NCBI GenBank assembly: GCA_964016885.1
Contig: OZ024741.1
Coordinates: 365,118,001 to 365,182,000 of the forward strand
Origin: Eledone cirrhosa
Lineage: Eukaryota
Length of the DNA stretch: 64,000 bases
Direction of reading: 5' to 3'
Part shown: positions 12,411 through 25,189 of the stretch, piece by piece
Numbering within the stretch: position 1 is the first letter of the stretch
Layout of the letters: every line of letters begins with the position of its first letter
Notes under the pieces: generated by a model
The model's database searches: none
The model's input: only the letters and a program-made list of their open reading frames with translations
What the model was told of the DNA's origin: nothing
Made by a program: the position numbers and the translations under genes

Positions 12411-12509
12411 TTCCTTTGTCAGTATTGAAGCAACGAGCAACGATGGTTGCTGGACACTACGGCTTAATACGGGATGTTTGTTTACAAACACACCGAGCAT
12501 GTATGTGTA

Positions 12510-12586
<77 letters not shown>

Positions 12587-13376
12587 TACCTCCTTAACCT
12601 CTGTATTAACTCGCCCACTATTTAGCTTTGACAGTGTTGTCCCATACATGTATGTTATTGAAGATGAAAAGAAAGACTGTATTCTCATCTAATGTAGACC
12701 ACACAAATTCTACTCAATGATAAATACTTCGTCGGTCAGATAAATACTGAACATTACGGCCACCTGACCTATATTGGTGATAAACACCGGCTTATCTTTA
12801 AAATTGATACAATACACCCTACGACATGCCAAACTTATACTTCTGCTTCATGTCAGCTAGTTTTACACGCCGAAATCTTAGATACACTATACCCCCCCAC
12901 CTAATGTAATGTCAGGGTCTCCTCAAATAATTTATTACTAGCATTGTTGTAATTGTTGTTATTGCTCTAACTGAATGCCATTACTACTTCATATAGTAGC
13001 CTGTATATTCCTTTCATGCCTGTATATTCTCTTCATTCTCGCATGCTCCGAAGAACTGACTGGTTATAATTTTGTATTGGCGATCGAGTAACGTGAAAAC
13101 AAGCGAATAGCGATCTCTAGACCTACCAGTTCAGAGAAACAATTGTCAGCAATGAGATTAAAAACCTTTTTTGTATTGTAAACCATGTCAATCTTCTTTC
13201 CTGATTTATTATTACTCCAAGTGTTTACAACATAGGAATTACAGCATACTCGCAGCATCACTATGAATACGCCTTGTTGAGTCAAACCAAGCCTAGCGTT
13301 GATATCATCCACTACCCGGAATACCATAACTGGACTACACCTAAGGGGACTGGATATAACTATTATTTGTTACCCC

Positions 13377-13439
<63 letters not shown>

Positions 13440-15607
13440 GGAAGATGTTTAACCCCGACGGCAAAGCTCAAGCCGTTTCGACGGCTATTTCCCATTACCC
13501 ACTCTACCACCCTAAATATTGAGTACTCTGGTGCGTTATGGTCCATCTGGTTCTTACCACACCTCCTTCGTTATATGTATATATATATGTATATATATAA
13601 ATTTGTTTTGCGATTAACCCTTCAAAATTAACTCCCCTCATCATATCTATCTATCTATAAGATAAGGGGAGTTAAAATTGTTCTACATCCTTGTTATTAT
13701 TACTAAATTTGCTTTGCCTTTCATCCTTACGGTGTCGATAAAATAAAGCACCAGTAATGCACTGGGGTCGATTTAATCGACTTTCTCCTCTCCCAACATT
13801 ATATAATAAAGAACTGACGTCTCTAGGACTAAAGCTGTTTCATTTGTATGGAATGAGTAAGATTAGTAAAGTTCGAGCGAAGGACTACGTGTGCATGATA
13901 TATATATATATATATGAGAATGAAGGAAGTCAAGAAAATAGAAGAAAAATCGCCCCTAGTACTGACACTTTATTTATTGACCTCGAAAGGATAAAGGACA
14001 AAGTTGATCCGGGCGGGATTTGATTTTAGAGCGCAGTGAACCGGAACAAATACCAAGGCCTGGTCAATTCAACGCCCTAAAATCTGCCAATTCACCGCCA
14101 TAACAGTCAAATCTATATTGTTTAAAAAACTGAAACACATTGAATAAGGTAGTCCTCGAAAATAAAATGTCACCGAGTCAAAACGACTCGAATGCCATAC
14201 TATGAAATGCACAGCAAATTTCACGTTAATTTACGAGAAAGCTGTTCTGTTTCTCGAACAACTGGAAAGCTCATCATAGACACCGATGGATGTCCAATCC
14301 TCTATGGTGAAGCGTTCTTTTCTTCTCTCTTTTGTTTGCATATTCTCAGTTCAACAACAAAAAGTTAAGGAAGACATAGTGTATCGAGCTAATCTCATAG
14401 GATTGAGGTGATTCTTAACAACTTGCATAATTAATAACGCTTGTAAGGAAGGGGATTGGTTGATTACATGTAGATAAACTTCATGAGTACAAAAGCTACA
14501 TAACATAGTGCACTGAATTTGATATTTTGCGAAACAGTTTAAACATAATCGCCTTCGGGGATTAACTATCTAATTAAGGTATCTAAAAAGGTGAAATATA
14601 TTGATCATGCTTCTAGGTTTGAGGCTATGACAGATAACATGTATGTTACAGGCTCTTAAATAAAGTGAAGCCAGTGCTAACACATTTAATGAAGTGAACC
14701 AAGATATTTTAATTAATCAAAAGTACACTCGATCAATAATTAATTCTGAGCAAGGAAGCCAGGGGAGACAACCCCCGATATTTAAATGAATTCTGTATGT
14801 TGGCTGCCAGGCAGTTCTTAGGACGAGTACTGCAGATGTTTGCTTAACAACAGATCAGCCTACTCGTAATATTAATGTAACAATAGTTGAACATTTAATA
14901 GAAGTGTGTACCTTTAACGTAGTTCTCAATGAGATGCAATGTGACACAGTATGTGTCAAGATCAGCCCTATGAATTACAGGTACAACTAATTCTTTCGAG
15001 CTGAGTGAACTGGAGCAATATTACATAGAGTGACTTGCTGTTGGCGTTTCTGGTAAACGAATACACGGCCTTACGATCGTGAGCCAAACGTGCTAACCGC
15101 TTAGCTACATGGCTTCACTTAAATTGGCATTAATTAGAAATTAAATGTGTTATGCAGTTAGGAATTAATCTGGTCTTTGCTGTAGGCTGATAACTCAGGA
15201 TATGTTTCTGTACTGTTTCTCTAATAGGACACACGCCCACACAGCAAGTAAATTAATAGCTGGCGTATTGTATGGCAATTACACGTCTATTAGATTACAT
15301 TTCAAATAGGCGCAATTATACGATATATACATTAAGAGATTGAGAACAATCTGAAAATGATACGACATTAGCCAGTTAAATGTGTAATTCAAGAAGATTC
15401 ATTGTTGGTGTTTCAATTTTTTTTTTATAAATAACTCTTCTATTTAATAGTTCTTCAAAGACCTTGGTTTGAAAACTAAAAATAAGGCTTAATGAGTTCT
15501 ACTAATCAAATTGAATTCGTAATTATTTCTGTTCGTACTCTTTCAAGTATATTTAATAACAGTCTGGTGCATCATTAAATTGTTTTCACTACATATTTGG
15601 TCAAAAA

Positions 15608-15780
15608 GGTGCGTGGTGCAGAGGTTCGGAGTGTCGGCCTACGGTCATAGGGTTATGAGTTCAATTCCAAGACCGAATGACACGTTACGTCCTTGAACAC
15701 TTCATTTCTCGTTGCTCCAGCTTACTTAATTGAAAATGTATACGAGTAGCAGCTGGGCTTTACCCTGCGACGGACGAAAG
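15608..15780 (+). mobile_element. Degraded tRNA-derived CORE-type SINE
   Basis: A-box and B-box-like head (GAGTTCAATTCC) followed by GTCCTTGAACACTT..TTTC.CGTTGCTCCAG. Related to 63155-63270. Confidence 0.6.
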
Positions 15781-18700
15781 TCATGTCCAGGAAGAGACGT
15801 GTCTTGTACTCTCATTCGACTATTCGGTATAAGCTCTGTAATTCGTCCAACACTTGTACGCATAAAAATACAGAGGTAAAACGATAAATCCAACCCTTTC
15901 TAACCTAATCAATCTATCAAAATATGTTAGAGACCAAGAGACACACTTCAGGTTAGTTCATTCCCCGCTCACAGTTGTAATGGTTTGTCCTATGCTGCTA
16001 ATACCCATAGGAAAAAGGCTGGGCCGTAACATCAGTTCCGATGTTTCTTTTCGCAAGTGCTCTTTTCATGAAATGAAATATCAGGTCAATCCAGTATTAG
16101 TTTGATTAACGCAGGTAATTGAATAGAATACCCCGTAGAAACTCGTGGAAGACATTTAACTCGCTATTGGATCATAGTTGGTGGTTTGGCAGAATCGTTG
16201 GAGCATCGGACAAAGTGCTGCGCGGCATTTAGCCGCAGTTTTTATGCTCTGAATTCAAATCACACAGAGATCAACGTTGCTAGTCACCCATCTGAGGTCG
16301 ATGAACATTTATAAATGTTAACTGTTTATAACTGGGCGATATTTTCTAGTATTTCTATTCAGACGCAGCATTGCCAAATGGTGAAGCAATTCGTTTCTCA
16401 ATCATTTGAGCTCAGGGTTGATCCAACTGCCTGGCATCTTGAGAGGCTATCATTTGCCACAGCCTCTGATCGACTAGCAAGTGAACGGATAGACTGTAGC
16501 TGTAAGTCAAAGAACTAGCCTTGTGACAACTGTGTTAGGCTAAATCTTCCCGAGAATTGCGTTAGGGGTATATGTGTCTGTGGAATGCTCAGTCACTTAC
16601 ACATTAATTTCGCGAGCATCATGTTACTTTGATCAAACGACTAGAACACTCATCGCCGAAACCAACGGAAGTTCATTCCGGGATCGTCAACACTTTACCA
16701 AATCAGCTAAATTATCGTCTGGGTTGAACCTCTGCCGGTTTCGAAAATTAGTGTTCCAGTTGCTTGACTAACTTAACAACATGATCGTAAAGGTAACATA
16801 TAAGTGACTAAGCATTCCTCAAACACGTTTAACCTTAACATAATTCTCAGGGGTATTAAGCATGACAATGTGTGGGAAAAGGTTGGCCTTTTGAAATATA
16901 AGTACAGCTAATTTCTATCAGCTGATTAATTTGAAGAAACGTGAAATAAAGTGTCTTGTGCAAGGAGTGAATGCGCAAGACACTTTATTTTACGTTTATT
17001 TCACGTTTATTTCACGTTTATTTCACATTTATTTCACGCCATCGGAGAGGAATCTTGTACTGTATTGATTTGAGTTACAGTTTCAGAAAGATATTACTTT
17101 ACGTTAATTTCTCGAGAAAAGTGCTGAAACATTAAAACATTAACTTTTAAAGAGTAGAAAGACAATGAAATAAATTATGTTAGTGTAGACAAATGAAGCA
17201 TATATACTTCCTGATATTATTCTGAGGAATGTTCTTTGAAAAACTTAATCAAATTGGTTTCAAGTGCGACAGATAAAGAAATCCGCATAACTTAATCAGT
17301 GATTATTATGATTAGGAGAGATTTTTATTCATTGTATGTTTTGAAATATCAATCGATAATATTGCAACTTGAAAAAATGTATATTTTATTTTTAGATATA
17401 GAATAGTATTATCAAAGAGAGAAACAAATAAACAAAGATTCACGCTGTTATTACTTTCGCTAAAATAACCAGTTTGAAAAATTACCGCAGAGCGAATGAA
17501 AGCCGTTTAATTTTAGCACTGATCATAAAAACAAAATGAATTTTAATTCTTATTCAAGTAACATTTCAACCTTATGGCGATTATTCAGCTAAAATAATTC
17601 AATAGTGGTAAAAATAAAAACAAAACGAAACTTGATTAGACTTTTGAGTAATAATGGTGTGCAGACTGTTGTTGTTGGACCTCCGTTGGTTCAGAGACGA
17701 GTGCCCCAAACAAATTAAACTTGCAACTGTCTGAACTTTCCACAAACACGTGTACCAATAGTGCAGGTCTTAGATTCAGCATGGCACGATGTGTAACAAG
17801 GCTGCCACTTGGATTACTGGTCATATTCCTTTTGACAGTAGTGTGGATTGGAGTAAAGTGAAATAAAATGTATTGTTCGAGAACACAACGTGTCACTACC
17901 GGAAATCGAACATTTACGACATTAAGATCGTGAGAGGAAGAGGTCCAATAATTAAGCAAGACGCCTTCACTGGGATACTGAAAATTCTTACGTTATCTTA
18001 TCTTATCGTGTCCACAAGAGTGTCAGCTACAAAGCTTGGCTAGATGGGGTTGCGCCACAGCCTAACAAATTGCTGTCCTTTCTTAACGAAACAAATAAAA
18101 AAGCAATAAAAATAAGCCGTCATTATTAACTCCACGAATCAAAGATTACACCTGTAATACTCACTAGACCCAGGAAATATTTCTCAGATCGTGTCTTACA
18201 TAACTGAATCTTGAAAAATGGTGACATTGGATGAGATAACTGTATAAACACACCTATATTGTTTCTTTGCTTTTAATATCGTTAGTACAGACGACGCTGA
18301 CTCTCTAAGCCGCCTGAAATTTCCCACAGATCGTGGACCATTTTGAAAAGAACGAGATATTGGATGATATTATTCTAAATACACTACTATCTTGTTTCTC
18401 TGGTGGTTTTATAGGATGGAATGGACTTTCGTCATTTATGACGCGCAGTGTTCCAGAGTGTTCCAATCAATGGAACAGTCTGCTTGTAAAACTAAATGCA
18501 GGCCTGTCAACTCTTCACGTCGGACGGGGAGATCTCCCACCCACTTTTGCTGAAAGTTGTTTTCTCTTGTGAATATGGGTATAGCTTTCATTATGTAAAA
18601 TACCCCCATTTTGTAACATTTCTCCCCGTTTTGGGGCACTTTTTTTCATGGTACTCCTCGTTTGGGTTTTTAGAGGTTGGCTGGTCTGTAAATCTAACCA

Positions 18701-19004
18701 AGCAATCCACAGACACGTGTAACCTTAACGTAATTATGAGGGACATAATCTGTGACAAGGCCGTCTACTCGGTTTCACACACAAACCATTGATTGACTCG
18801 AAATTATATTCAGTGTGAAACAATATGTGACAAGACTGGCAGTTTGAATCAGCAGTACAGTCCACTCGATAGTCGTCCACACAGTTTCCATCAATTCATT
18901 TACAGTGGATGGGGAGACTCGAGATTGCAATAAATGACACATGCCCAAGATATCACGATACGGCTATGCTGCATACTGTCCATCATAGTTAATTAATATC
19001 TCAT

Positions 19005-19119
<115 letters not shown>

Positions 19120-19137
19120 TAGATAGAGAGAGAGAGA

Positions 19138-19208
<71 letters not shown>

Positions 19209-19226
19209 CAAACCATCTCAATTCTA

Positions 19227-19262
19227 CTTTCGAAAAGCAGAAGAACTGCGAAACCGGTAAAG
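19227..19262 (+). ncRNA. HHR-like motif with variant core (U3/A8)
   Basis: CTT-TCGAAAA-GCAG AAGAA CTGC-GAAA-CCGG-TA-AAG. Confidence 0.5.
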
Positions 19263-19325
19263 GAACCAAATAAATATATATTTTTATAAAAAAAGACTCC
19301 AGTTGCATTTTCGATATGATCTTTT

Positions 19326-19382
<57 letters not shown>

Positions 19383-19499
19383 AAAATAAGACTCCAGTTG
19401 CATTTTCGATTTCATCTCTTTTTCTTTATACTTTCACTGGTGTAGGTCACCTCGGTTATTTTTCATTTTGTAAAAAAAACCTCACTTTCTAATATATAT

Positions 19500-19915
19500 A
19501 TATATTGGTAAAAGGAAAAGAAAATGCTGACAAATTGTTCCCAGTGAAAAATAGTTTAATTAGGAATAAGTAAAAATTAGTAATAGTATTGGTTAGTATT
19601 CAGTTTTGGTTTTAAGTTTTACCAGTTGCGCATTTCTAATGCTTTTCAAAAATAATTTTGAGATAGAGCGCCCGTGATGTTTGCTCTAATCAGAATAGAG
19701 CAAACATCACGGGCGCTCTATCACAAAATTATTTTTGAAAAGCATTAGAAATGCGCAACCGGTAAAACTTAAAACCAAAACTGAATACTAACCAATACTA
19801 TTACTAATTTTTACTTATTCCTAATTAAACTATTTTTCACTGGGAACAATTTGTCAGCATTTTCTTTTCCTTTTACCAATATATCATAACACGTGTGTTA
19901 CACCTCTATTCTTTT
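19500..19915 (+). mobile_element. Fold-back solo pLTR of the Neptune-like PLE family, with ~189 bp arms, a 7 nt loop and a ~30 nt unpaired tail
   Basis: 19500-19688 is the reverse complement of 19696-19884. The right arm plus tail matches the 3' end of the PLE at 58495-58727. (TA)n lies on both sides. Confidence 0.9.
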
Positions 19916-20309
19916 ATATATATATATATATACATATATTGGAAAATGTGTGAAATCCTTGGTACACTAAGGTTTATTTAAAAAAAGGAAAAGAATGACT
20001 TCACTTGTTGTTCTAAACAATTTAATTTAATTTTATAATATGATTTTACAATTTGGTTTTGTAAATCTAGTAAGTTCTTTGTTAACTTCGGTGGGGGAGA
20101 TTTTATAAAGGTTCCCGGTGAACTTTCTCGCATTCGTCGGTGGCGAATATATATATATATATGTTTGACAATCGCCACCAAAATCTATACATACTTTGAG
20201 TTATCTGCCGTTGAAGTATGTATATATTTTATTGTGACACTCTCTATATATATATATATTAATATATATATATATATATATATTAATATATATATATATA
20301 TATATACAT

Positions 20310-20372
<63 letters not shown>

Positions 20373-20374
<2 letters not shown>

Positions 20375-20456
20375 GGGTGTCCCAAAAATGTATACACACT
20401 TCAGCAGCATTCTAATAAATATTCCCTGTATGTATACATTTTTGGAGGACACCCTG
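20373..20456. mobile_element. 84 bp Tc1/mariner-type MITE
   Basis: TIRs CAGGGTGTCCCAAAAATGTATACA and TGTATACATTTTTGGAGGACACCCTG within a TA-rich tract. Confidence 0.8.
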
Positions 20457-20989
20457 TGTATATATATATTCGGGGGATAGTAACGACTTTCTTATGAAAA
20501 TTAATAAACATTTTTCGCCAGAAAGTGTATTCATACTTCTAAATATATGAAGTGTCTAAAACATAGTGAAGTTGAAGATTAAACGAATTTAGGATACTGA
20601 ACTTTTGGCAAGTCACGCGACTGTAGTTATTTAAAGCTCCTCTCATTAATAATTCTTAAGAGTTAAAAATATGAATATTTATTCTATAATTTCATGGGGA
20701 ATGGACTGTAAAATATTTTAAACTGAACTGAATTAAAAACGAAAGACAAGGATCCTACAATGATAGATCCTACACTCTTCACAAAAATTAAATTTATCCG
20801 ACCCCCTACGGCTTCTCATCTACATTATAATAACTACGCAGCTTTTTGTCCGTCTGTCACACGAACGGGACAGTCTGACAAAATAGTTCAAAATGTTTTT
20901 AATATTAGAATTCATAGAACACAGCTGTAAGACAAAACTTGATTGGGCAAATTTCTAAATATCGAATGCTTTATTCATATATGAAATCA

Positions 20990-21067
<78 letters not shown>

Positions 21068-21913
21068 CTCTTACTCTCTCTCTCTCTCTCTCTCCCTCTC
21101 TCTCTCTCGCTCTCTCTTTCTTTCTTTCTTTCTTTCTTTCTGTCTCTCTCACTCCCTATCTGTGTGTATATATATTTGAATTTGGCAAAGCCGGCCATCC
21201 GGCCATTTATCGCTCGTATACAGGAAACCGACTGGCCAGTCTGCTGATATGCAAATCTGGCTGATCAGTGGATTTGCTAATATGCAGATCTGACTGATCA
21301 GCCAGCCTGCTATTATGCAAATCAGGCCGATCAGTCACTGTGTATTTTTGAAAATAGCATATATTTTCACTAGCTCTGACAGTTTGGCAGGTGAACAGTG
21401 AGCTGTACTGATGAAGGCTGATACCCAGAAACATTAGTGTCTGCAGTTCTGTTCGCATGCCAACACAAGCGCAATAATGAAGGGTTCATTCTACTGACAT
21501 GGCTATAAAATTGAGGCTTGTCTGCATAATTGCAAACGAATCGAATGTTATTAATATTCGAAAAACTCAGATTATATATATATATATATATAATCCACAA
21601 AAAGCTTTGTTAATGTTCTATTAAAACGCAAAAAGAAAAGCGAATATAATTATTCCGTCAAGAAAACAATGGGTTACGTACTAGCTTAGATTAACTCTTG
21701 CAAATACAGGCTATTAAGAGTTACGTGAAATTCCTGGCTTAATCCTGATTAAAAGAAACGTTCAAGATGTGAATTGTTTCTCTTGGTTATACAGAAGGAG
21801 TTGTGATGCAGCACAGCCAAATGATTGAAAAATTTGCTTCGCTATCCTGAATTCATTACCATTGAGGTTCGCAGGATATGTTGAGCAAATCACATTTACT
21901 ATAGCCTCTAGTC

Positions 21914-22231
21914 CAGCGGCTGCTAACCGGTGGTCCGAGAGAAATCTTTAGTGGTCCTCAGAAAAATTTGAACATTATTTACGATTTTAATGTTTTATTA
22001 ATAATAAAACAAAAATAATATTTGGTTAAAATATATTTTATAACCCCGCTAAAAAATGTTTCTCCTCAGTAAAGAACTAACATCCATGAAAGAATGTTAC
22101 ACATATGTATCATCTATCGACAATATGGCACACATACGCTTCAGTATTGTTTAATAAAATGGAAGTTTACAAATGTATTTATCTTTTTTAAAAAATTCCT
22201 ATTCGTTGTCCGCGGGATTCGGTGACCACGG
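21914..22231. mobile_element. hAT (Charlie-like) MITE
   Basis: Perfect 8 bp TSD CTCTAGTC at 21906-21913 and 22232-22239, with CAGCGG.../...CCACGG termini. Confidence 0.75.
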
Positions 22232-22280
22232 CTCTAGTCGGCCTAAGACATATGAGTAAAACAAATTGGGCTGAATCAGG

Positions 22281-23569
22281 TATATATTTTTTAATATATT
22301 TTTTATCGTTTCCTCTATTTTTCCTTCTTCCCCCCATCCCTTCCTAGTCCTTCCACCCAAGTTCTCCTTCTTTGTCGTCGTTCTTTTAACCTTCTCGCCC
22401 CACCCGAGGCAGCCCTTCAGTCCTCTGTAGCCTCAGTACCCCCCCCCCCTTATTTTATGATAGAATTGGCCGATTCCGCTTTTTATAGCAGATGTGCTAG
22501 ACCCCAGATACTTGCTTTCTTCTCTGATTGCTGCCCCATCTCCGTGATTTCTAGATTTCTTAGTGGTATTTCTGCTTTAGTTTCTCGTATATGACTATTT
22601 ATTGTTGGGGGGGGGGGGATTCTGAATTAATTTTTCGTATTAGTTTTTCATATATATTGTACGAGCATTTATGTAGATTGGATTAGAATTTATGTATCGT
22701 AGCAGTATTTATATGTATTGTATTAGTTTTTTATATTTATTGTATGAGTATTTATGTAGTTTGTATTAGAATTTATGTATTGTAGCAGTTCTTATATATA
22801 TCGTATTAGTATTCATGTTTCGGGATTCTGAATTAATATTTCGTATTAGTTTCGGGGCACTGAATTATTATTTCGTATTAGTTTTTTTAGTATTTTGGCC
22901 CCCTACTTGTTGACCTGTCATTGTAAGATAGATTTGGCCGATTACTACTAACTCATAACATTCTTTCACTACAATCTCGTATTTAGTATTCCGTCCCACC
23001 TATTAAACGTGTCTATAGCTTAGCAGTACCACTGAGAGATTTGATGATTGTGGAAGGGGAATAGTAACCAGAAATTGTTTTTTTAAATATTTTTAATAAT
23101 TTTTATATTTTTCTATATATTTACTCCATATAGATTTACTCATTGTTTCAACCCTCCCCCTCCCCTTCTCTAGTATACTTTTTTCGACCTTCTATCCTTA
23201 GAATCTGCTGTAGTTGTCACTTTAAACGCTCAACTGGGTTTCCTCCACTCCCTCTCCCTCTTTCTTCTACTGGCAAGTTCAGCTACCCCTACCTTCCACA
23301 AAATGCCATGATAGAATCATGTGTCTCAACAACAAACTTTTGACCAATCCTTGTGACAACCACTTTTACCATATATGGAATTACCCCCTGAGAAGTTCGG
23401 CTATTCATTTACCAGGATAAACATTTTTATTTAGTCCAGAATTAGCCGTCGAAACGGCTGGAGCTCAGCCGTCGGGGTCCTACTTGTTCCTATTACCCAC
23501 TCTACTACCCTAAGTATTGAGTACTTTGGTGCGTTATGGTCCATCTGGTTCCTTACCACATTTCCTTCG

Positions 23570-23572
<3 letters not shown>
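22281..23572 (+). mobile_element. ~1.3 kb non-autonomous element ending in an HHR-containing terminal segment
   Basis: High identity to ~45800-47054. The terminal segment also occurs alone at 2799-2850, 13440-13572 (partly inverted) and 41650-41752. The element ends in (TA)n. Confidence 0.85.
23383..23478 (+). ncRNA. Type I HHR with full stem III and G8A core variant
   Basis: ACCCC-CTGAGAA-G TT CGGCTA..TAGCCG TC-GAAA-CGGCTG GAGCT CAGCCG-TC-GGGGT, with a GUC site at 23471-23473. Confidence 0.7.
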
Positions 23573-23660
<88 letters not shown>

Positions 23661-23692
23661 ATACATATATATATATAAACATATATATATCT

Positions 23693-23737
<45 letters not shown>

Positions 23738-24002
23738 AACATATATACATATATATATATATATCAACTAGAAATTGATTGACATATCAATATATCTAAC
23801 ATAAAATAAATTAAATTTATTAAAATAAAATAAAATAAATTTATCTTATTTTAGATATATTTATATGTCAATCAATTTCTAGTTGATATAAAATGCTCGG
23901 ATCTATTCATTGGGAACTTGGTCATATTTTACGGGTGATATGGCGCATGTCTATCTGAGATGACACCCTTAATTTAACTTAATTTTGTATATATATATAT
24001 AT

Positions 24003-24087
24003 ATTGTTAATATATCTTTGTTTTTTTATAATTGTGTGAAAGGAAATATATGTGCACAATTATATATATATATATGTGTGTTATATG

Positions 24088-24156
<69 letters not shown>

Positions 24157-24462
24157 AGGTCAGTTTTATTGTAGTACAATAAAGCAATGCAGATATCGGA
24201 TAAGAAGCACTCTACAGTTTGTAGGACTGGAGTATACATAATATATAAGATCAAAAGATGGTTAAATGAGTTCCATGTATTTTATTATGAGCATTTCAAA
24301 AATGATATGTTGATTTAAAACTGCACTATCCACAAGTGTTTTTAACCTTCATATCATGTCTTCCTATTTTATCTGATGAAAACACAAATGTTATTGCATG
24401 ATGACATTTTTTTTGAAATGCGCATAATAAAATACATGGAACTCATTTAACCATCTTTTGAT

Positions 24463-24533
<71 letters not shown>

Positions 24534-24625
24534 CATATAACACACATATATATATATATATAATTATGCACATATATTTCCTTTCACACAATTTAAAAAA
24601 AAAACAAAGATATATTAACAAAGTG
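24003..24625 (+). mobile_element. Fold-back mini-element with inverted arms and a central HHR
   Basis: 24003-24095 is the reverse complement of 24530-24621, and 24241-24305 is the reverse complement of 24408-24470. Confidence 0.8.
24367..24432 (+). ncRNA. Type I hammerhead ribozyme
   Basis: TTTTAT-CTGATGA-[AAATGTTAT..ATGACATTT stem II]-GAAA-TGCGCA-TA-ATAAAA. Canonical core and palindromic stem III. Confidence 0.8.
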
Positions 24626-25189
24626 CTGAGTTTTATTATAAAATTTGAAGTTATATATGAAAGTGCTGATCAAAACTGATTTATGAAGAACATATTTCAC
24701 ATATACATTTTATTCTAAAAAAACTATTAGGGTTTATTAAGATATTTGATAAGAACACAAAGAACAACAAAATCGTAGAGTGGTTGTAATGGCATCAATT
24801 AAATTTTGAAATCAGCAATTTATTTCTTTAAAAAGTAATGGAAAATAATTAGGAGAAAAATGTGTCTCTCAAAACCTTAAATTCTTTCAGAATCCTTAAC
24901 CCATCACACCGAGAACATATTTTCGAAATACTTCGCAAAAGCATAATCTCAGTAAAACAAAAATGCGAATACAAATTAAAGAGACACAGGCAATTATGGA
25001 GAGAGGGAATTGGAAAATAGCACAAGTATGAACTCTTATGGAATGGCTGTGGCATCTGGATACTTCAAATATTTAAAGGTGGAACGATTACAGAAGAGAC
25101 GATAGAAATTTACATTTGTTTACAATATTGTCACTGTAAAGGTGGCCACTTGAATTACACTCGAAAGATAATGATACATATATTTTATT

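Larger units (their letters stand above)
11739..12500 (+). mobile_element. Retrozyme-like non-coding element: inverted 5' segment plus two direct repeats, each with an HHR
   Basis: 11858-12080 resembles 12278-12500 (direct, offset 420 nt). 11739-11857 is the reverse complement of ~12226-12341. Confidence 0.85.

Noticed and set aside
13064-13327. 87 aa minus-strand ORF of ordinary composition
   Set aside because: No recognisable motif or splice context; insufficient evidence for a call.
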